A stretch of 64,000 bases of DNA, taken from the human T2T-CHM13v2.0 reference genome, Homo sapiens. The notes beneath the pieces were generated by a model that worked only from the letters and a program-made list of their open reading frames with translations, ran no database searches and was not told the origin of the DNA. The stretch is from assembly GCF_009914755.1 (NCBI RefSeq), contig NC_060930.1, one strand, 5' to 3'. Positions 28,465 through 42,795 of this stretch are shown here, piece by piece. Numbering within the stretch: the stretch's first letter is position 1; every line of letters begins with the position of its first letter. The translations under genes were made by a program, and so were the position numbers.

Positions 28465-30108
28465 GAAAATCGATACCAAGGAGGAGATGTTGCTATAAAG
28501 ATACTTGAAGATGTGGAAGCAGCTTTGGAACTAGGTAATGGGCAGAGGTTGAAAGAGTTTGGAAGGTTCAGAAGAAGACAGGAAAAAAGGGAAAAGTTTG
28601 GAACTTTTGAGAGACTGATTGAATGGCTGTGATTGAAATGCTGATAGTGATATGGACAGTAAAGGCCAGGCTGATGAAGTCTCAGATAGAAATGAGAAAT
28701 ATATTGGGAACTGGAGCAAAGGTCACCCTTGTTATGCTCTAGCAAAGAGCTTGACTGCCTTGTGTCCATGCCATAGGGCTTTGTGTAAGGTTAAACTTTA
28801 GAGTGATGACCTAGGATATCTGGCAGAAGAAATTTCTAAGCAGCAAAGCATTCAAGAAACAGCATGGCTGCTTCTAACAACGTAGAATCAGATATAGTAG
28901 CAAAGAAATGACAAAGTTGGAACTTATATTTAAAAGGAAAGTAAAGTGTAAAAAACTTGGAAAAGTCAAAACCTGGCCTTGTGGCAGAGAAGGAAAGACC
29001 ATTATCAGGGAAAGAATCTAAGAGGGCTATGGAGGAACCACTTTCTAGAGAGATTAACATAACTAAAATTGCTAACATCCAAAACAATGGGAAAAGGGCC
29101 TTGAAGGCATCTCAGAAGGCTTGGAGACAGCCCCTTCCATCCCAGACCCAGAGGTCAAGGAGGAAAGAATGGTTTCAGGGGCCAGGCCCAGGACCCTGCT
29201 GCTGTGCTCAGTCTCTGGACACCGCTCCCCCAATCTTGGCCTCTCTGGCTCCAGTCTTGGCTCAAAGGGCCTCAGATGCAGCTCAGGCAGCCACTTCAGA
29301 GAGTGCAAACCATAAACCATGGCAGCTTCCATATGGTGTTAAGCTTGCTGGTATACAGAATGCAAGAATGAAGAAGGCTTGGCAGCTTCCACCAAGATTT
29401 CAGAGGATATATGGGAAAGCACAGATGTTCAGACAGAAGCCTGCTTCAGGGATAGATCCCATGCAGAGAGCCTCTATGAGGGAAGTGCTGAGAAGAAATG
29501 TAGGGTTGGAACCCTGACTCAGAGTCCTCACCAGGGCATGTTCTAGTGGATCTATGGGAATGGGGCTGCCATCCTCCAGACCCAAGAATTGTAGAGCAAC
29601 CAGCAGCTTGTACCCTGAGCCTAGAAAAGCCACAGGCACTCAACTCCAACCCATGAGAACAGTTATGAGGGCTGTGCCCTGCAAAGAATCAAGAGCAGAG
29701 CTGCCCAAGGCCTTGGAAGCTCACCTCTTGCACCATTGTGTCCTGGATGTCGGACATGTATAGTCAAAGGAGATTACTTTGGAGCTTCAAGGTCTAACGT
29801 CTGCCCTGCTGAGTTTCAGACTTGTGTGGGCCCTGTGATCTCTTTCTTTTGGCCTGTTTCTCCCTTTTGCAACAAGAATGTTTATGCAATGCTTGTACCA
29901 CCTTTGTATCTTGGAAGTAAATGACTTATTTTTTATTTTCCAGGCTTATAGGTGGAAGAAACATGTCTTGAGTCTCAGATAAGACTTGCGGCTTTGGACT
30001 TTGAGTTCACACTGGAACCAATTAAGACTTTGAGGAAGACTATTAGGAAGGGATGATTGTATTTTGCATTGCGAGAATGACATGAGATTTGGGGGACCAG
30101 AGGCAGAA

Positions 30109-30521
30109 TGATATACTTCGGATGTTTGTCTTCTCCAAATCTCATGTTGAAATGTGATCCCCAATGTTGGAAGTGAAGCCTGGTGGGAGGTGTTAGGGTC
30201 ATGGGGGCAGATCTCTCATGAATGGCTTGGTGCCTACCCCACAATAATAAGTGGCAATGAGTTTACATGAGGTCTGGTTGTTTAAAAAGAGTGTGGCATC
30301 TCTCCCCTCTCTCTCTCGTTCCCTTTCTCACCACGTGATAGGTCTGCACACCCTTGGCCTTCTGCCATGACTGGAAGCTTCCTTAGGCCCTTACCAGAAG
30401 CAGATGCTAGCACCATGCTTCCTGTACAGCCTGCAGAACTGTGAACCAAAATAAACTTCTTTTCTTTATAAATTATACAGTCTGAGGTATTCCTTTATAG
30501 GCAGGCAAATGGACTAATAAA
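30109..30521 (+). repeat. MST 3' LTR
   Basis: 'tgatatacttcggatgtttgtcttctccaaatctcatgttgaaatgtgat' to 'gactaataaa'; homologous to the 5' LTR. Confidence 0.9.
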
Positions 30522-30894
30522 ATGATCTTCAAGATTTTTTGTGTGTAGTTAAGTTTAAGTTTACTATTGGAATTCATCCTTTGTACAGTAATTAGTAACA
30601 ATGCAGAATTCTGCTTGCCACTTTTTAGAACATGAAGTTATTATGGTAATAATTTACCTGAATACCATGATAGATAATAAATTGAGATCATAACAATCAA
30701 AATATTGCCAATTATTGAATATCTTCCATATTTCAGATATTCTATTAGGCAATTTATTTATATTAGAATTCAACTCTCACCATAACTCTAAGAAGTAGAT
30801 ATTATACCAAATTTGTATATGCTTAAAGTAATTGTTATTGTTTTAACTAGGCCACTCAAATTACTTCAAGGGAAGAGTTTTCTAAAGAATAATC

Positions 30895-31590
<696 letters not shown>

Positions 31591-31614
31591 GTCTCTCCAG
31601 TATATCATGGAATT

Positions 31615-32640
31615 TAGTACATGATAAAAGTAGCATTTTAAATCAGCCAGTGGAAAAACAATACATTATTCAAGAAGTGGTGCAGGGCTAACTCTATAAA
31701 ATTGTGGGAAAATTAAACTGAATATTTAGTTCAATCATACAAAGATAAATTCCAGAAGGGATCAAATATATAAATATAAAAAATGAATCCATAAATATCC
31801 TCAAAGAAAATTAGCATGGATATTTTTATATTCTTGGGAAGGTTGCTCTCTGTATGACAAGAAGACCAGGAATCATAAAAGGTTGATAAATTTTGACTAT
31901 GAAATGTCTTAAACTTTTGAATGCAAAATATATTTTAAACCATTTAAAAGCCAACTAGCATACTAAGAAAATATTCACAACATATATGCTAAACAAAATA
32001 TTAATGATCTTAATATATACAGAACCCTTTAAATCAATAAGAAAGTAACACTCTAGTAGCAAAGTGGTTAAAGTTTATGAACAATAACCTCACAAGAGGA
32101 GAAACACAAATAGTCAAAAAACATTGTAATGATTCAAGGAAGGCAAATTTAAAAAGAGAGATAGCAATTTTCACCTCTCTGACTGGAAAAGATTAATGCT
32201 TTGTGTTAACAATGGTTTAGGAAAGTGAATAGCTCATAATGTAAATTGCTAATCATATCATTGAATCAACAATAAAAAAGAGTGGGCACCTTAATAATAA
32301 TTCCACTTTGAAAATTTTAAATTATAAAAATAGACAAAAATAAATCTATAAGATATATATATATAAAATACTCAAATAGATTTATTTCAGCGTTATTTAT
32401 TGTAGAGGAAAATTGGAAAAAACATAAATGTCTATCATGAAGACATTTCTGTTAGACATTATAGTATATGGATACAGTGGAATACTATGAACTATTAGAA
32501 ATAATGCTGCAAAGCTATATTTATGAGCATGGAAATATGTTTGTGACATTTGAGTCAAAAATGCAAGCTACAAACCAGCTGTGAAAAATCATATGTGAAT
32601 ACCAAAATATATCTAAAGAAAAGCCCAGATGGCTAGTCAA
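31615..32640 (+). mobile_element. Old L1 (L1M/L1ME-like) ORF2 3' portion, highly degenerate
   Basis: A-rich with L1 landmarks: 'tattcaagaagtggtgcaggg', 'ataaattccagaagggatcaaa', 'aggttgataaattttgacta', 'ttcagcgttatttattgtagaggaaaattggaaa', 'atacagtggaatactatg'. Confidence 0.75.
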
Positions 32641-33586
32641 TAAAACAATCACAGCATTACAGTGGTTTTTATTTAAAAAAATTATTTATTGTATTTAAAT
32701 TTTGTGTTTGTTTGTTTTTTGATGTCTTATGTTTACCATTGGAAGAGTAAGAAAGCTATTTTCCTTGTGGGAAACTGCTGGAAAGACATTCATGCATGGG
32801 CTGGAACTAATGAAGTGGAAATGGAAAGGAGGCAATGCTGAGACCAGTACTGCCCAGGCTTCCTTCAGGCTGTGCAGTCTTGGGCCATCTCTGCTCCTGC
32901 TGGGCAACCACTCTGTCCTCTTTTTTATGGCTCACATATTTTGCCCTAACGTTACTTTGGCTTACACATGGCTTTGGCTGGTCATGATCCACAGCATCCT
33001 GGTGCCATTTCAGAATTTATGTTAACTGGCTCATGGACTTAACTGCTCTCTGGGAATTTCTTCTTACTTAAAATCACTGAGAAAAGAAATCTGAATGATC
33101 ATAGCCATCATTTTTTCCCTTCAATCTAGGCCACGTCAAATGTTATTGGAAGGCATATGACTTAATTATCCTTGGCTCAGGTGCTCAGTTCATACAATTA
33201 CCTGAGGCAGATTAGAGTATCATGATACCCAAGTCACCCAGGCCAGCTCTCAACCAGGGGCTAGGAACAAGGCCAATGCCCTTACAATGGCTGTCTAGAA
33301 GGCAAGCAGGAAGAAATGATCAACTCTCCATACACTTGGCAATTAAAACTATCATGTAGTGACTATTGTATTTACTTCCTATGACTATTGATTTAACAAT
33401 TTTAAAAGCTGGTAGTACGCACAGCAAAGGAAATAATCAACTAAATGAACACACATCTACTGAATAGGAGAAAATATTTGCAAACTACCCATCTGACAAG
33501 GGATTATTAACCAGACTATATAAGGAGCTCAAATAACTCAACTGCAAAACAAACAAACAAACAAACAAACAAAAAACCCACAAATA

Positions 33587-33978
<392 letters not shown>

Positions 33979-34655
33979 TCAACATCGCTAATCATCAGAG
34001 AAATGCAAATCAAAACCACAATGGAATATCATCTCACCCTAGTCAAAATGGCTTGCATCAAAATGACAGGCAATAACAGATGCTGTCAAGGATGTGGAGA
34101 AAGGGGAACCCTTGTACACTCTTGGTGAGAATGTAAATTAATATAGCCACTGTGGAGAACAGTATGGAGGTTCCTCAGAAAACTAAAAATAGAAGCACTG
34201 TATAATCTAGCAATTCCGCTACTGATTATATATCCAAAAGAAAGGAAATCAATATATCAAAGAGATATCTGCACTCCCATGTTTGTTGCAACACTATTCA
34301 TAATTGCCAAAATATGGAATCAGCTTAAGTGCCCATCAGCAAAAGAATGGATTCAGAAAATGTGGTACACATATACAATGAGATATTATCCAGCCATAAA
34401 GAAAAAGAACAGAATCCTGTCATTTGCAGCAACACGAATGGAACTGGAGGCCATTATGTTAAAATAAGCCAGGCACAGAAAGACAAATATCACATGTTCT
34501 CACTCACATGTGGGAGCTAATAAAGTAAAACTTATGAGGATAAAGAGTGAAATGGTGGTTACCAGAAGCTGGGAAGGAGACAGTGGTGCATGCAGGGAGC
34601 AAAAAGAATATAAATGATTTTATTACCACTGAACTGTACACTTAAAAATGGTAAA

Positions 34656-34940
34656 GCCAGGCACGGTGGCTCATGCCTGTAATCCCAGCATTTTGGGAGG
34701 CCAAGGCGGGCAGATCACTTGAGGTCAGGAGTTCAAAACCAGCCTGGCCAACATAGTGAAACCTCTTCTCTACTAAAAATACAAAAAGATATCTGGGTGT
34801 GGTGGCACGCGCCTGTAATCCTAGCTACTCAGGAGGCTGAGCCAGAAGAATCGCTTGAGCCCAAGAGGCAGAGGTTGCAGTGAGCCGAGATCGTGCCACT
34901 GCACTCCAGCCTAGGTGACAGTGCGAGACTCTGTTTCAAA

Positions 34941-34973
<33 letters not shown>
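34656..34973 (+). mobile_element. Alu (AluSx-like) nested in L1 3' UTR
   Basis: Sense Alu with (CAA)n tail; L1 3' UTR resumes with 'taaattatacatgtatattttacctcaataaa'. Confidence 0.95.
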
Positions 34974-35884
34974 AGTTGTAAATTATACATGTATATTTTA
35001 CCTCAATAAAAAAGAAAAATAAAAATAGTAGTGGGGAAAAAACACGGAAAAACAACAGAATTTCCACTGTGTAACTGTAACATCAGAAATCTGGAAAGCA
35101 GTGGAAATAAGACCATATTAAACAGGGCAACCTATTTTTCTCAGCTTAGGAAAAGTTAGGCATTGAAATAACCAAATAACAATAGTAAATTTGACCTTCA
35201 GGGGCATAATAAATACCCACACCATTGAGCACTCAATGCTGTGCATTTTTAAAAGCCATTGAGAAACTCTTCACAGCATAGGCAATATGATACATTTTGG
35301 CTTCAAGAAATGTAACATGTAAATCTTTATGAAACTAAACATCAAAGAAGATAGGAAAATAGCATTTAGGATTATAATTTGAATAATGTAGTCTACATCT
35401 TTTGAATAAAAATTTATAGCAAGATTAATTTTTCCATGTTGTACCAATTTAAAAGTTTGAATTACTTATACATTCTAAATGGCAATGATCTGCATTGTCC
35501 AATTATTATGACTTACAATGTGGCTCCAAATATCTTATTACAAGTCACAAATCTTACTGCTTCATAAACCAAGATAAGAAATTTAAGTAAAGATTTTGCC
35601 CCAATTTATAAATTTGATTATTTCCTTGAACAAAGCAAAATCAAATCTTGTATATTTATCCATGGTGCTAATTTGCATGGCCAATGTCAATAATGCTGGG
35701 AAAACTCCCTCATTAAATAGAACAAATGTAGACACTCCCTTATAAGGCCAATGTTTCAGATCAAATCTGAGAATTAGATTCCATGACATTACTCCTTTTC
35801 AATTACATTTATAAAAGGTTTTAATGCAAGTAAACATTATACTATGTTGTCATTCTATTATTTCAAAACCATGATTAAAATTCC

Positions 35885-36040
35885 CAATGTGTCTTGGAGT
35901 ATGCCAGCACTAGGGATAAAGATTAAAAGATACGACTCCTAATTTGAAGGGATTGAAGGTTTAGTAGTGGAGACAGACAAACAATAGATCATTACATTAT
36001 GTGCTGTTCTAGAAAAGAGCTCAGAGTGTTACAGGAGGCC
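35885..36040 (-). mobile_element. L2 3' fragment
   Basis: 'tatgccagcactagggataaaga...tagtagtgggagacagacaaaca' matches the antisense L2 end. Confidence 0.55.
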
Positions 36041-37619
36041 TGTTCCTTACTTCTCTTCTCAATCTACTTGGGAATCATCTATACACTAATATTCTTGTGA
36101 ACATTCAAGTGTTTCAATATCCTGGTTTTGAGTGTCTTCTCCAGGTAGAGCTATAACACATTTTTTGGAATTAATACATAATCTACACACAAGCCCTTAG
36201 GCATAATTTCTATTGATATGAAACATGACTTCAAATTCTTGCCAAACAATACTTCTGTAGTGTTTCTTGCTCGATGAGAACTGTTGTATTGAGTTCTGAC
36301 AGCAATAAAGGTGTTTCATCAATCCATCTCATGAAATAGTGGTACCCATCTAATGCAACCAACCAAACACTTTATAAAGTTTAATATTCTCATTTCATTT
36401 CCAAACACTCACTAAATACATGGGATATTTTTTTAACACACACATTGTTGATTTTCTGTGTAGGGTAAAAAGTATGTGCCTTATTCAAGTAATTGGTATT
36501 CAATCTCCTCCACTCATCTTGTTTAAAATTCCTTCTTTTCCCTACTTTCTAATATCAACTTACAAGTCATTTTGTAGTGCCTTGGGTCGTCTTGTTTTGT
36601 AGATAAAAATCACTTAATACCAAAGGAAAAGAAAGGAAAAAAAAGTGAATTGATATATGAACTAAACATTTCCTTGATGGGCAATGAAAAAAACTAACGA
36701 ATTTGCTTGATGATCCGTTTCATTTCCTAGTTATACAACTTAGAAAAAGATAACCTTCCAAAGAATCCATTGAGAAAGTGCTCTTCTAGCCTAATTGTGG
36801 GATTTAAATTTCAATTAAAATTGGACTTTTCTCCACTCAGTCTGCAACTGAGAATGAGTCTGGAATCTGTCTTTTTAAGGTGGGACTATAAGCCAGCAAA
36901 CTCACCCTGCAAGAGAAAAATGGGAGGAATGAAAATTCTCAATCTTCAGAAAATGTGTTACTATGCTTTCAGACAAATATCATAGAGAAAAGGTACATGA
37001 TGTCTTCAAATATATAAAAATACAGTTTATAGCCACTTGTTTCAACCCAGATAATAGAAATCTAGTTAGACCATGGAAAATAAATAGGTTTCTTTCAGAG
37101 AGCAAAATGCTGAAAGAATGTGAATTATTAGAGAATTCAAAGCTCAATATTAACTTCCATGTTGTGACTTGCATAGTAGATAAAATGCTCCTGATTTGCA
37201 TGCAGATTTTTTTCTTCCTTCTCCTTCTCCTCCTCTCTTAAAACTCCTTTTGGTTTGATGAGAGAATGTGAGAATGAGTTCATGGTTTCAACTGTGCTCC
37301 GTGTCTGCCCTTATTTTGTTTTTAAGCCTGGTTCAATACTCAATTACCCACCAGAAGGAAGGTTGGTGTCTGATTAAAATAGTCTCATCACTAAATCTTC
37401 TTTCTAAATGGAATTGTTATTTGCTGACTAGAGTTAGTTACCATCATCTTCAGAATGAATGAATTCTTAAGTATTCTGATTGGAAACCTAATAAGGTAGA
37501 ATAAAAATATCTTTGACCTACATGTTCCTCTGAAACATTTTCAACTGCATTGACAGGAAGTGTAATAGCAAATTGAATCAGTAAAGAAGTTCTTACAGGG
37601 AGTTTAAAAATGTTTACTA

Positions 37620-37916
<297 letters not shown>

Positions 37917-37944
37917 TTACCTAAAGCCCTTGGGAGGGGAGGGT

Positions 37945-38420
37945 CCTGGGTCCGTGGTCCTCAGATCCGTTGCTCACTCTTGCTGTGCTGTGCTCTGCTC
38001 CTGACGTTGCTCCTGATACTTTTGCAAGCAACATTTCCCGGGTGCAGATATCAGCTGGCTTCCAGCTGGGCTCGACCAATGGGTGGCTATGATGAGATAG
38101 CTGAGGGCAGGAGAGAAAAGCCAGGGTGATTCTCAGGACAGCTCTCTGCCTCTGGTGGCATCTTCAACAATGACTGCATATCCTCCATGGCTCTAGCTCC
38201 TATCTGACTTGCCTGCTATTATTCCAGCTTCTCCTGAATAGTCTTGTGGCCTGGCTTCTACAATAGCATCTTCTTTGTCTATCAAATCAAGGACGTCCTT
38301 TTTGTCACTAATCTCTGGATTTCCTCACTGTCCTCAGCATGGTTTCTCAGGTTCTTTATCATCTGTGGAAACAGTTCCCTGCATTAAAAATCACTCGAAT
38401 TAATTTCTTTTTTTCCTGGA
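37945..38420 (+). mobile_element. ERVL solo LTR (LTR33/LTR41-like)
   Basis: 'cagctggcttccagctgggctcgaccaatggg...gagaaaagccagggt...tcctccatggctctagctcc...ttccctgcattaaa'. Confidence 0.7.
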
Positions 38421-39554
38421 TAGAACTTCATTGATGTAGCTTTCGTTTGTCTTGTTGAACAAATATCCCAGGGTTGCATATTTCAGGGAAAAAAAGGCTA
38501 GGTTATACCAACAATATTGGCCGAATATTGCAAATACTCAAATCAATTCAAAAATAATAAGTTTTTTCCTTCCTAATACTAAACAGTCAGTTTAATATAT
38601 CTCTTTTCTTGAATAACTGAGTAATTTTTTGATTTGCGTTGGTGTAATTTTATACCACAGTTGCTGTCTCCCCCATAGTTACCAAGGGCAAGTCTACTCA
38701 AATCACAGAATTTGGAATGAATGCCTGCTTAGCTGTCTATAGCTTCCTGGGGACTTTTTGGCCTCGATCATACCACTGGACATATTGCATATACAAATGG
38801 ATCATGTTGGCTGTTCAACAAATTTGAAATGGTGATATTTACTGTGAGTTTATTAAGAAAGGGAGGGAGAGGAGAGGAGATGAGAGAGAGGAGAAGAAAG
38901 AAAGGGAAAAGAAAAAATGCACCTTGAAACACATGGGTGTTGTGAAGCCTGGCTCCATTAGGAACTTCTAATTTGGGCAAGTCATTCTGCCACTTTGAAA
39001 CTCACCTTAACACGATGGAATTCGCATGAGTTCAGATAACTCAAAATTCAGTTTAAACACTAAGGACTATTTATTATCTCAAATAACAAAAGGTCCCACG
39101 TGGAGCTGCTCCAAGTTGTCCAGGTTTGGTAATGCAGAACTCAGTGGCATCACTAAAGTCCAGGTTCTTACAATTTATTCTTTGTCCCCCTGAACTCTCC
39201 TGCAGTTACAGAGTTCAAGGCAGCACATGCAGCTGAGACAAAATTGAGCAGATGAGGCCATACCTTCTTTGAGTCTCTTTTTTATGAATGTAAGACCTTT
39301 TCCTAGGACTACTACAGGTGACTTTTGAAGTTGGAAAGAATAGCTCTGAAATTTGGACATATTTTAGAAGTAATTTTAATTGTTACTTTCGATGATCGAT
39401 CATAGGGAATAAAAATGGTATAAAAGTTTCCTATCAAAATCAGAATTCTCAGAAAGCATACCAAGGAAAACACACCTTTCTATTTTTAAACATGGATTCA
39501 TACATAGGAAATGGTTTGGAATTTTTTCCCCTGTGGGAAATATAAATAATTACT

Positions 39555-39780
39555 AAAGTTTGATGAGCACTTACTATATGCCAGGCACTGGGGCAAGCAC
39601 TTTAATTGCTCCTTACAACTACTCAATAAGATGGGTACTATTAATATCATCTCATTGTGCACATGAGAAATTTGAGGTACTGGGAGGTTAAATAATTTTG
39701 CCGCTATCCCTCAGCTGTTAAATTTGGCAGCAAACCAGGATTTTTAACTCAAGGGGTTTAACAGCAGAATCCTTGCCTCC
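39555..39780 (-). mobile_element. MIR SINE
   Basis: 'gagcacttactatatgccaggcactg...acaact...gggtactatt...atgagaaatttgaggtac'. Confidence 0.8.
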
Positions 39781-39945
39781 AAAGCCACAGGGAGACCAAT
39801 AGACTTTTATCCAGAATTCACCCAAACAAAACTGTCAGGACATTATGGATTTTGCAGTAGTTCTTTGCAGCTGCTTTGAAACATCATGATTATTAGGGGC
39901 TTTCTTCAAAAATCCATTTGCTTCTAGCGCGTACAAAAGTGAGCA

Positions 39946-40188
39946 CAGTCATCGCTTAGTATACTCAGGAGATTGGTTCCAGGATTCTCTGTGTATACCT
40001 AAATCCTTGAAAACTCAAAGTCTGCAGTCTGCCCTGCCAAAATATAATATATATAGGAAATGTCAGCTTTTGGCATATGCAGGTTTTGCACCCCCTGAAA
40101 CTATATTTTTCCCTCTGTGTTTAGTTGAAAAAAATTAACCTATAGCTAGACCCATACAGTCCAAACTCATGTTGTTCAAGGTCAACTG
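39946..40188 (+). mobile_element. MER8 (TcMar-Tigger MITE)
   Basis: 'cagtcatcgcttagtatactcaggagattggttccagga' to 'aaactcatgttgttcaaggtcaactg'; about 243 bp, colinear with the remembered MER8 consensus. Confidence 0.82.
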
Positions 40189-40243
40189 CGTATATATTTT
40201 CAAAATTCCCTAATTTAGTATCCACTCACATTGTTCTTTAGTT

Positions 40244-40390
40244 CAGTGTTTCTCAAATGTTAATGTGCCCAGCAAAAACCTGGGGATTCTGTCAAAGGCA
40301 GATTCTGATTCAGGAGGTGTGAGGAGGGAGCTAACAAGCTCCACAGAGATGCCCATGCTGCTGGTCTGAGGATTACAATCAGAATAGAAG
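40244..40390. mobile_element. MER5A-like (hAT-Charlie)
   Basis: 'cagtgtttctcaaa...acctgggga...gcagattctgattcaggagg...taacaagctcc...atgctgctggtctgagg'. Confidence 0.75.
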
Positions 40391-40429
40391 AGCATTAAAT
40401 GACCTTTTATATGGTGGTGGTGGTGATCT

Positions 40430-40841
40430 TGCTATGTGCTAGAGTCAGCTTCTACTGGATTGTGAGAGCCAATTGCCTAATTTTCAGGAGTCTTGGGAGT
40501 TTGTTGTTAAGCACAGTCAATTAACAATTAATTTATATAACCTGACAATGAACAAACTGTATTAAAAACAAAGGCAATAAATGCTCAACCTCATTACTTA
40601 CTAATTACTTTACTACATTTCTCAATTACTGACATTCTTGATGCCATTACATTGTGTCCTACTGCACGGTTCTTCCCAACTCTGCATTAAGTGATGTCAT
40701 ATTGAAAGCCTGAAATTGATCATGGTGGGAATATTTACGCCATGAAAATGGGAAAATACTACATGTCACAACTTTTGTCCCCCCGCCACCCCCACTCCGT
40801 AGAGAGCCTGTTGTTAAAACATTTATCGTCACACTCCTCTG
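40430..40841 (+). mobile_element. MER63-like (hAT-Blackjack)
   Basis: 'gtgctagagtcagct...gtgagagccaattg', 'ttcccaactctgcattaagtgatgtca...catggtgggaatatttac', 'agagagcctgttgttaaaacattta'. Confidence 0.75.
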
Positions 40842-42429
40842 GTGAACCTATGTTGCATTTATATCTTAGGTTTACTGATTTTTTTTTTTTTAAAGCTGGT
40901 TGTTATTCCAAAACACAGAACTAGTTTCATGGAGCTATCTTTGTCTGGGTCTATTTTATAGACTGGGTGAGAGTGTGAGGGAAGGTCTTCGAGTTTCAGT
41001 TTGTGAGTTAGCTGAGTTTTAGCTCCTAGGCGTACATATCAGTGTTCCTGTTTTGGGAAGGAATACCCTTGGAGCTCATTTGTACACGTCTTTCAGGCTA
41101 GTTACTCAAAAGAGAGAAGAGAGTACAGCCTGCGTATGCTCACACATAAGTTGCTATATATATGAAATGTCAACTTGCTCTATTGTTTGGACTCGACCAT
41201 CCCCTCGTTACAGTCATTTGTTCTGCGTGGTCTGGGCACAGTTTCATATTTTGCTTTTGGCAGCTGAGAGCTATTATTGGGCCCCACAACATCTGTTTCA
41301 ACAACAGAGGGTCCCTGGTCAGAAAAACTAATTAAAAAAGGAACCCAAAACAAAAAGTCATAACTTATGTTGTACAGTACATATAGAGTAAACATGGTTA
41401 CCAGCAAAAGAAAGAAAACCCTTTCATATGGTTGGAGTTATTTACAAAAGTACGACAAGCGATGAAAGACTTGAGCCATATTTTGGGTTTGAGGCTGCAG
41501 GAGAGGATGCTAACTAGCCAGCTTCCCTGATGTGGGATGCTTTGCAAGGGCTGTGCTAATTGGCAAGATCATTCTCTGGTATGATCAACTGTATGAATAA
41601 CAATATATAATGGGTTCCAAAACATTCACTCAGCCCTTCTGATTCATTCTTCCATCACATTTTCACTCATCAAGATATAAGTTCAAAGTCCTGGTGATTT
41701 CCTGGAAGGCTGAATTGTTTTTCCTAACCTGGCAGGAGCAAGGGCAGTGGTGTTTACATTGAGCTGATGAAATGCAAGTAATAGACAAAACATAGAGAGA
41801 TGTGGGACCAGGAACCTGTAAAAAATCCATCTTTTTTTTTCCTTCAGTTTGCTTCCCAAGTTAAAAGATAATAGGAAAAAACTCAAAACCTCTTTTCTTC
41901 CTTTCACATCTAAAGGAACATGCTTTCTACTCTTTTATTATGAATAGAACCTCCTCAGTGATGATTGAAATGATTTTTGTGTGTATGTACCTGCTTTTGA
42001 GAAACAACCTTCTCCCTCTTAAGACTCTGAATATTTAGAAGCAAATCAATGACTAATGCTAAATCTAGCGTTTAAAAAAAATCATCAATAAATGTTCCTT
42101 CTATAAACATTTTCTTTTCTACAGGGGCTGAAGCAGGGTTAGGCCATGTTGGCAATTGTGCTCAATTCTATTTTCAGCCTCTTAGCCTCACAGAACAGCT
42201 GCACAAGTGCTGGGACCCGTGGGGAATACAGTCCACCTGGTTCCGTACTTTCCTTCCCACCCAGATGAAAATTTTAGTCTCTTAGTTGCTAACAAGACAA
42301 CTACCCATTTCCATGGTTGACTATCTCTATCCCAGATACTTTTGAAACTGGGTATGCTACTAAGTTAATTTAGTAGTGGCATTTCACACTCATTTTGTGT
42401 TTAATGGTGTGAATCAGTGTGATTCCAAG

Positions 42430-42795
42430 GCAGTAGTGCATGTACATTAAGGATGTAGGCTGTAGCTAAACTGCATGGGTTTGGGTCCCAGGTCTGACTC
42501 TTACTAGTTGTGTGACTTTGGATAAAATGCTAATTTGTTTGTTGTTTTAATACAATCAGTGATATAGAGCTTGCACTATTGTATCATGCACTATCTAAGG
42601 ACCTTATAGATAGTAACTATGTCACATTCACACCCTGGAGAGAGACCTTTGATCACTCTCCATTTTTCACATGAGGAAACTGAGGTACAAAAGATAAAGG
42701 GCATATTAACTAAGAATGTGGGCTCTGTAGTGTTGTTACCTGAGTTTGAATTCTAGATTTGCCACTTCCTGGCTATGCCTAACCTCAGGCTACAA
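42430..42795. mobile_element. Cluster of MIR fragments in alternating orientation
   Basis: Sense 'ttactagttgtgtgactttgg' (~42430-42535), antisense 'catttttcacatgaggaaactgagg' (~42545-42700), sense 'taagaatgtgggctctg...ctgagtttgaattctag' (~42705-42795). Confidence 0.65.

Larger units (their letters stand above)
28052..30521 (+). mobile_element. Complete MaLR element (MST, probably MSTB): LTR - internal - LTR
   Basis: Two homologous ~413-bp LTRs (28052-28464 and 30109-30521); internal region begins 'gaaaatcgatacc' and ends in a purine-rich tract 'gggggaccagaggcagaa'; 5-bp TSD atgat at 28047-28051 and 30522-30526. Confidence 0.93.

Noticed and set aside
28957-29517. Longest ORF in the window (186 aa)
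   Set aside because: Lies inside the MST internal region and starts at TTG; treated as a retroelement remnant, not a CDS.
32800-33030. GC-richer patch that may be an old LTR fragment
   Set aside because: Could not be matched to a family with any confidence.
34279-34467. ORF with clear protein homology
   Set aside because: It is the C-terminus of L1 ORF2p in a truncated, Alu-interrupted L1 and is not a host gene.
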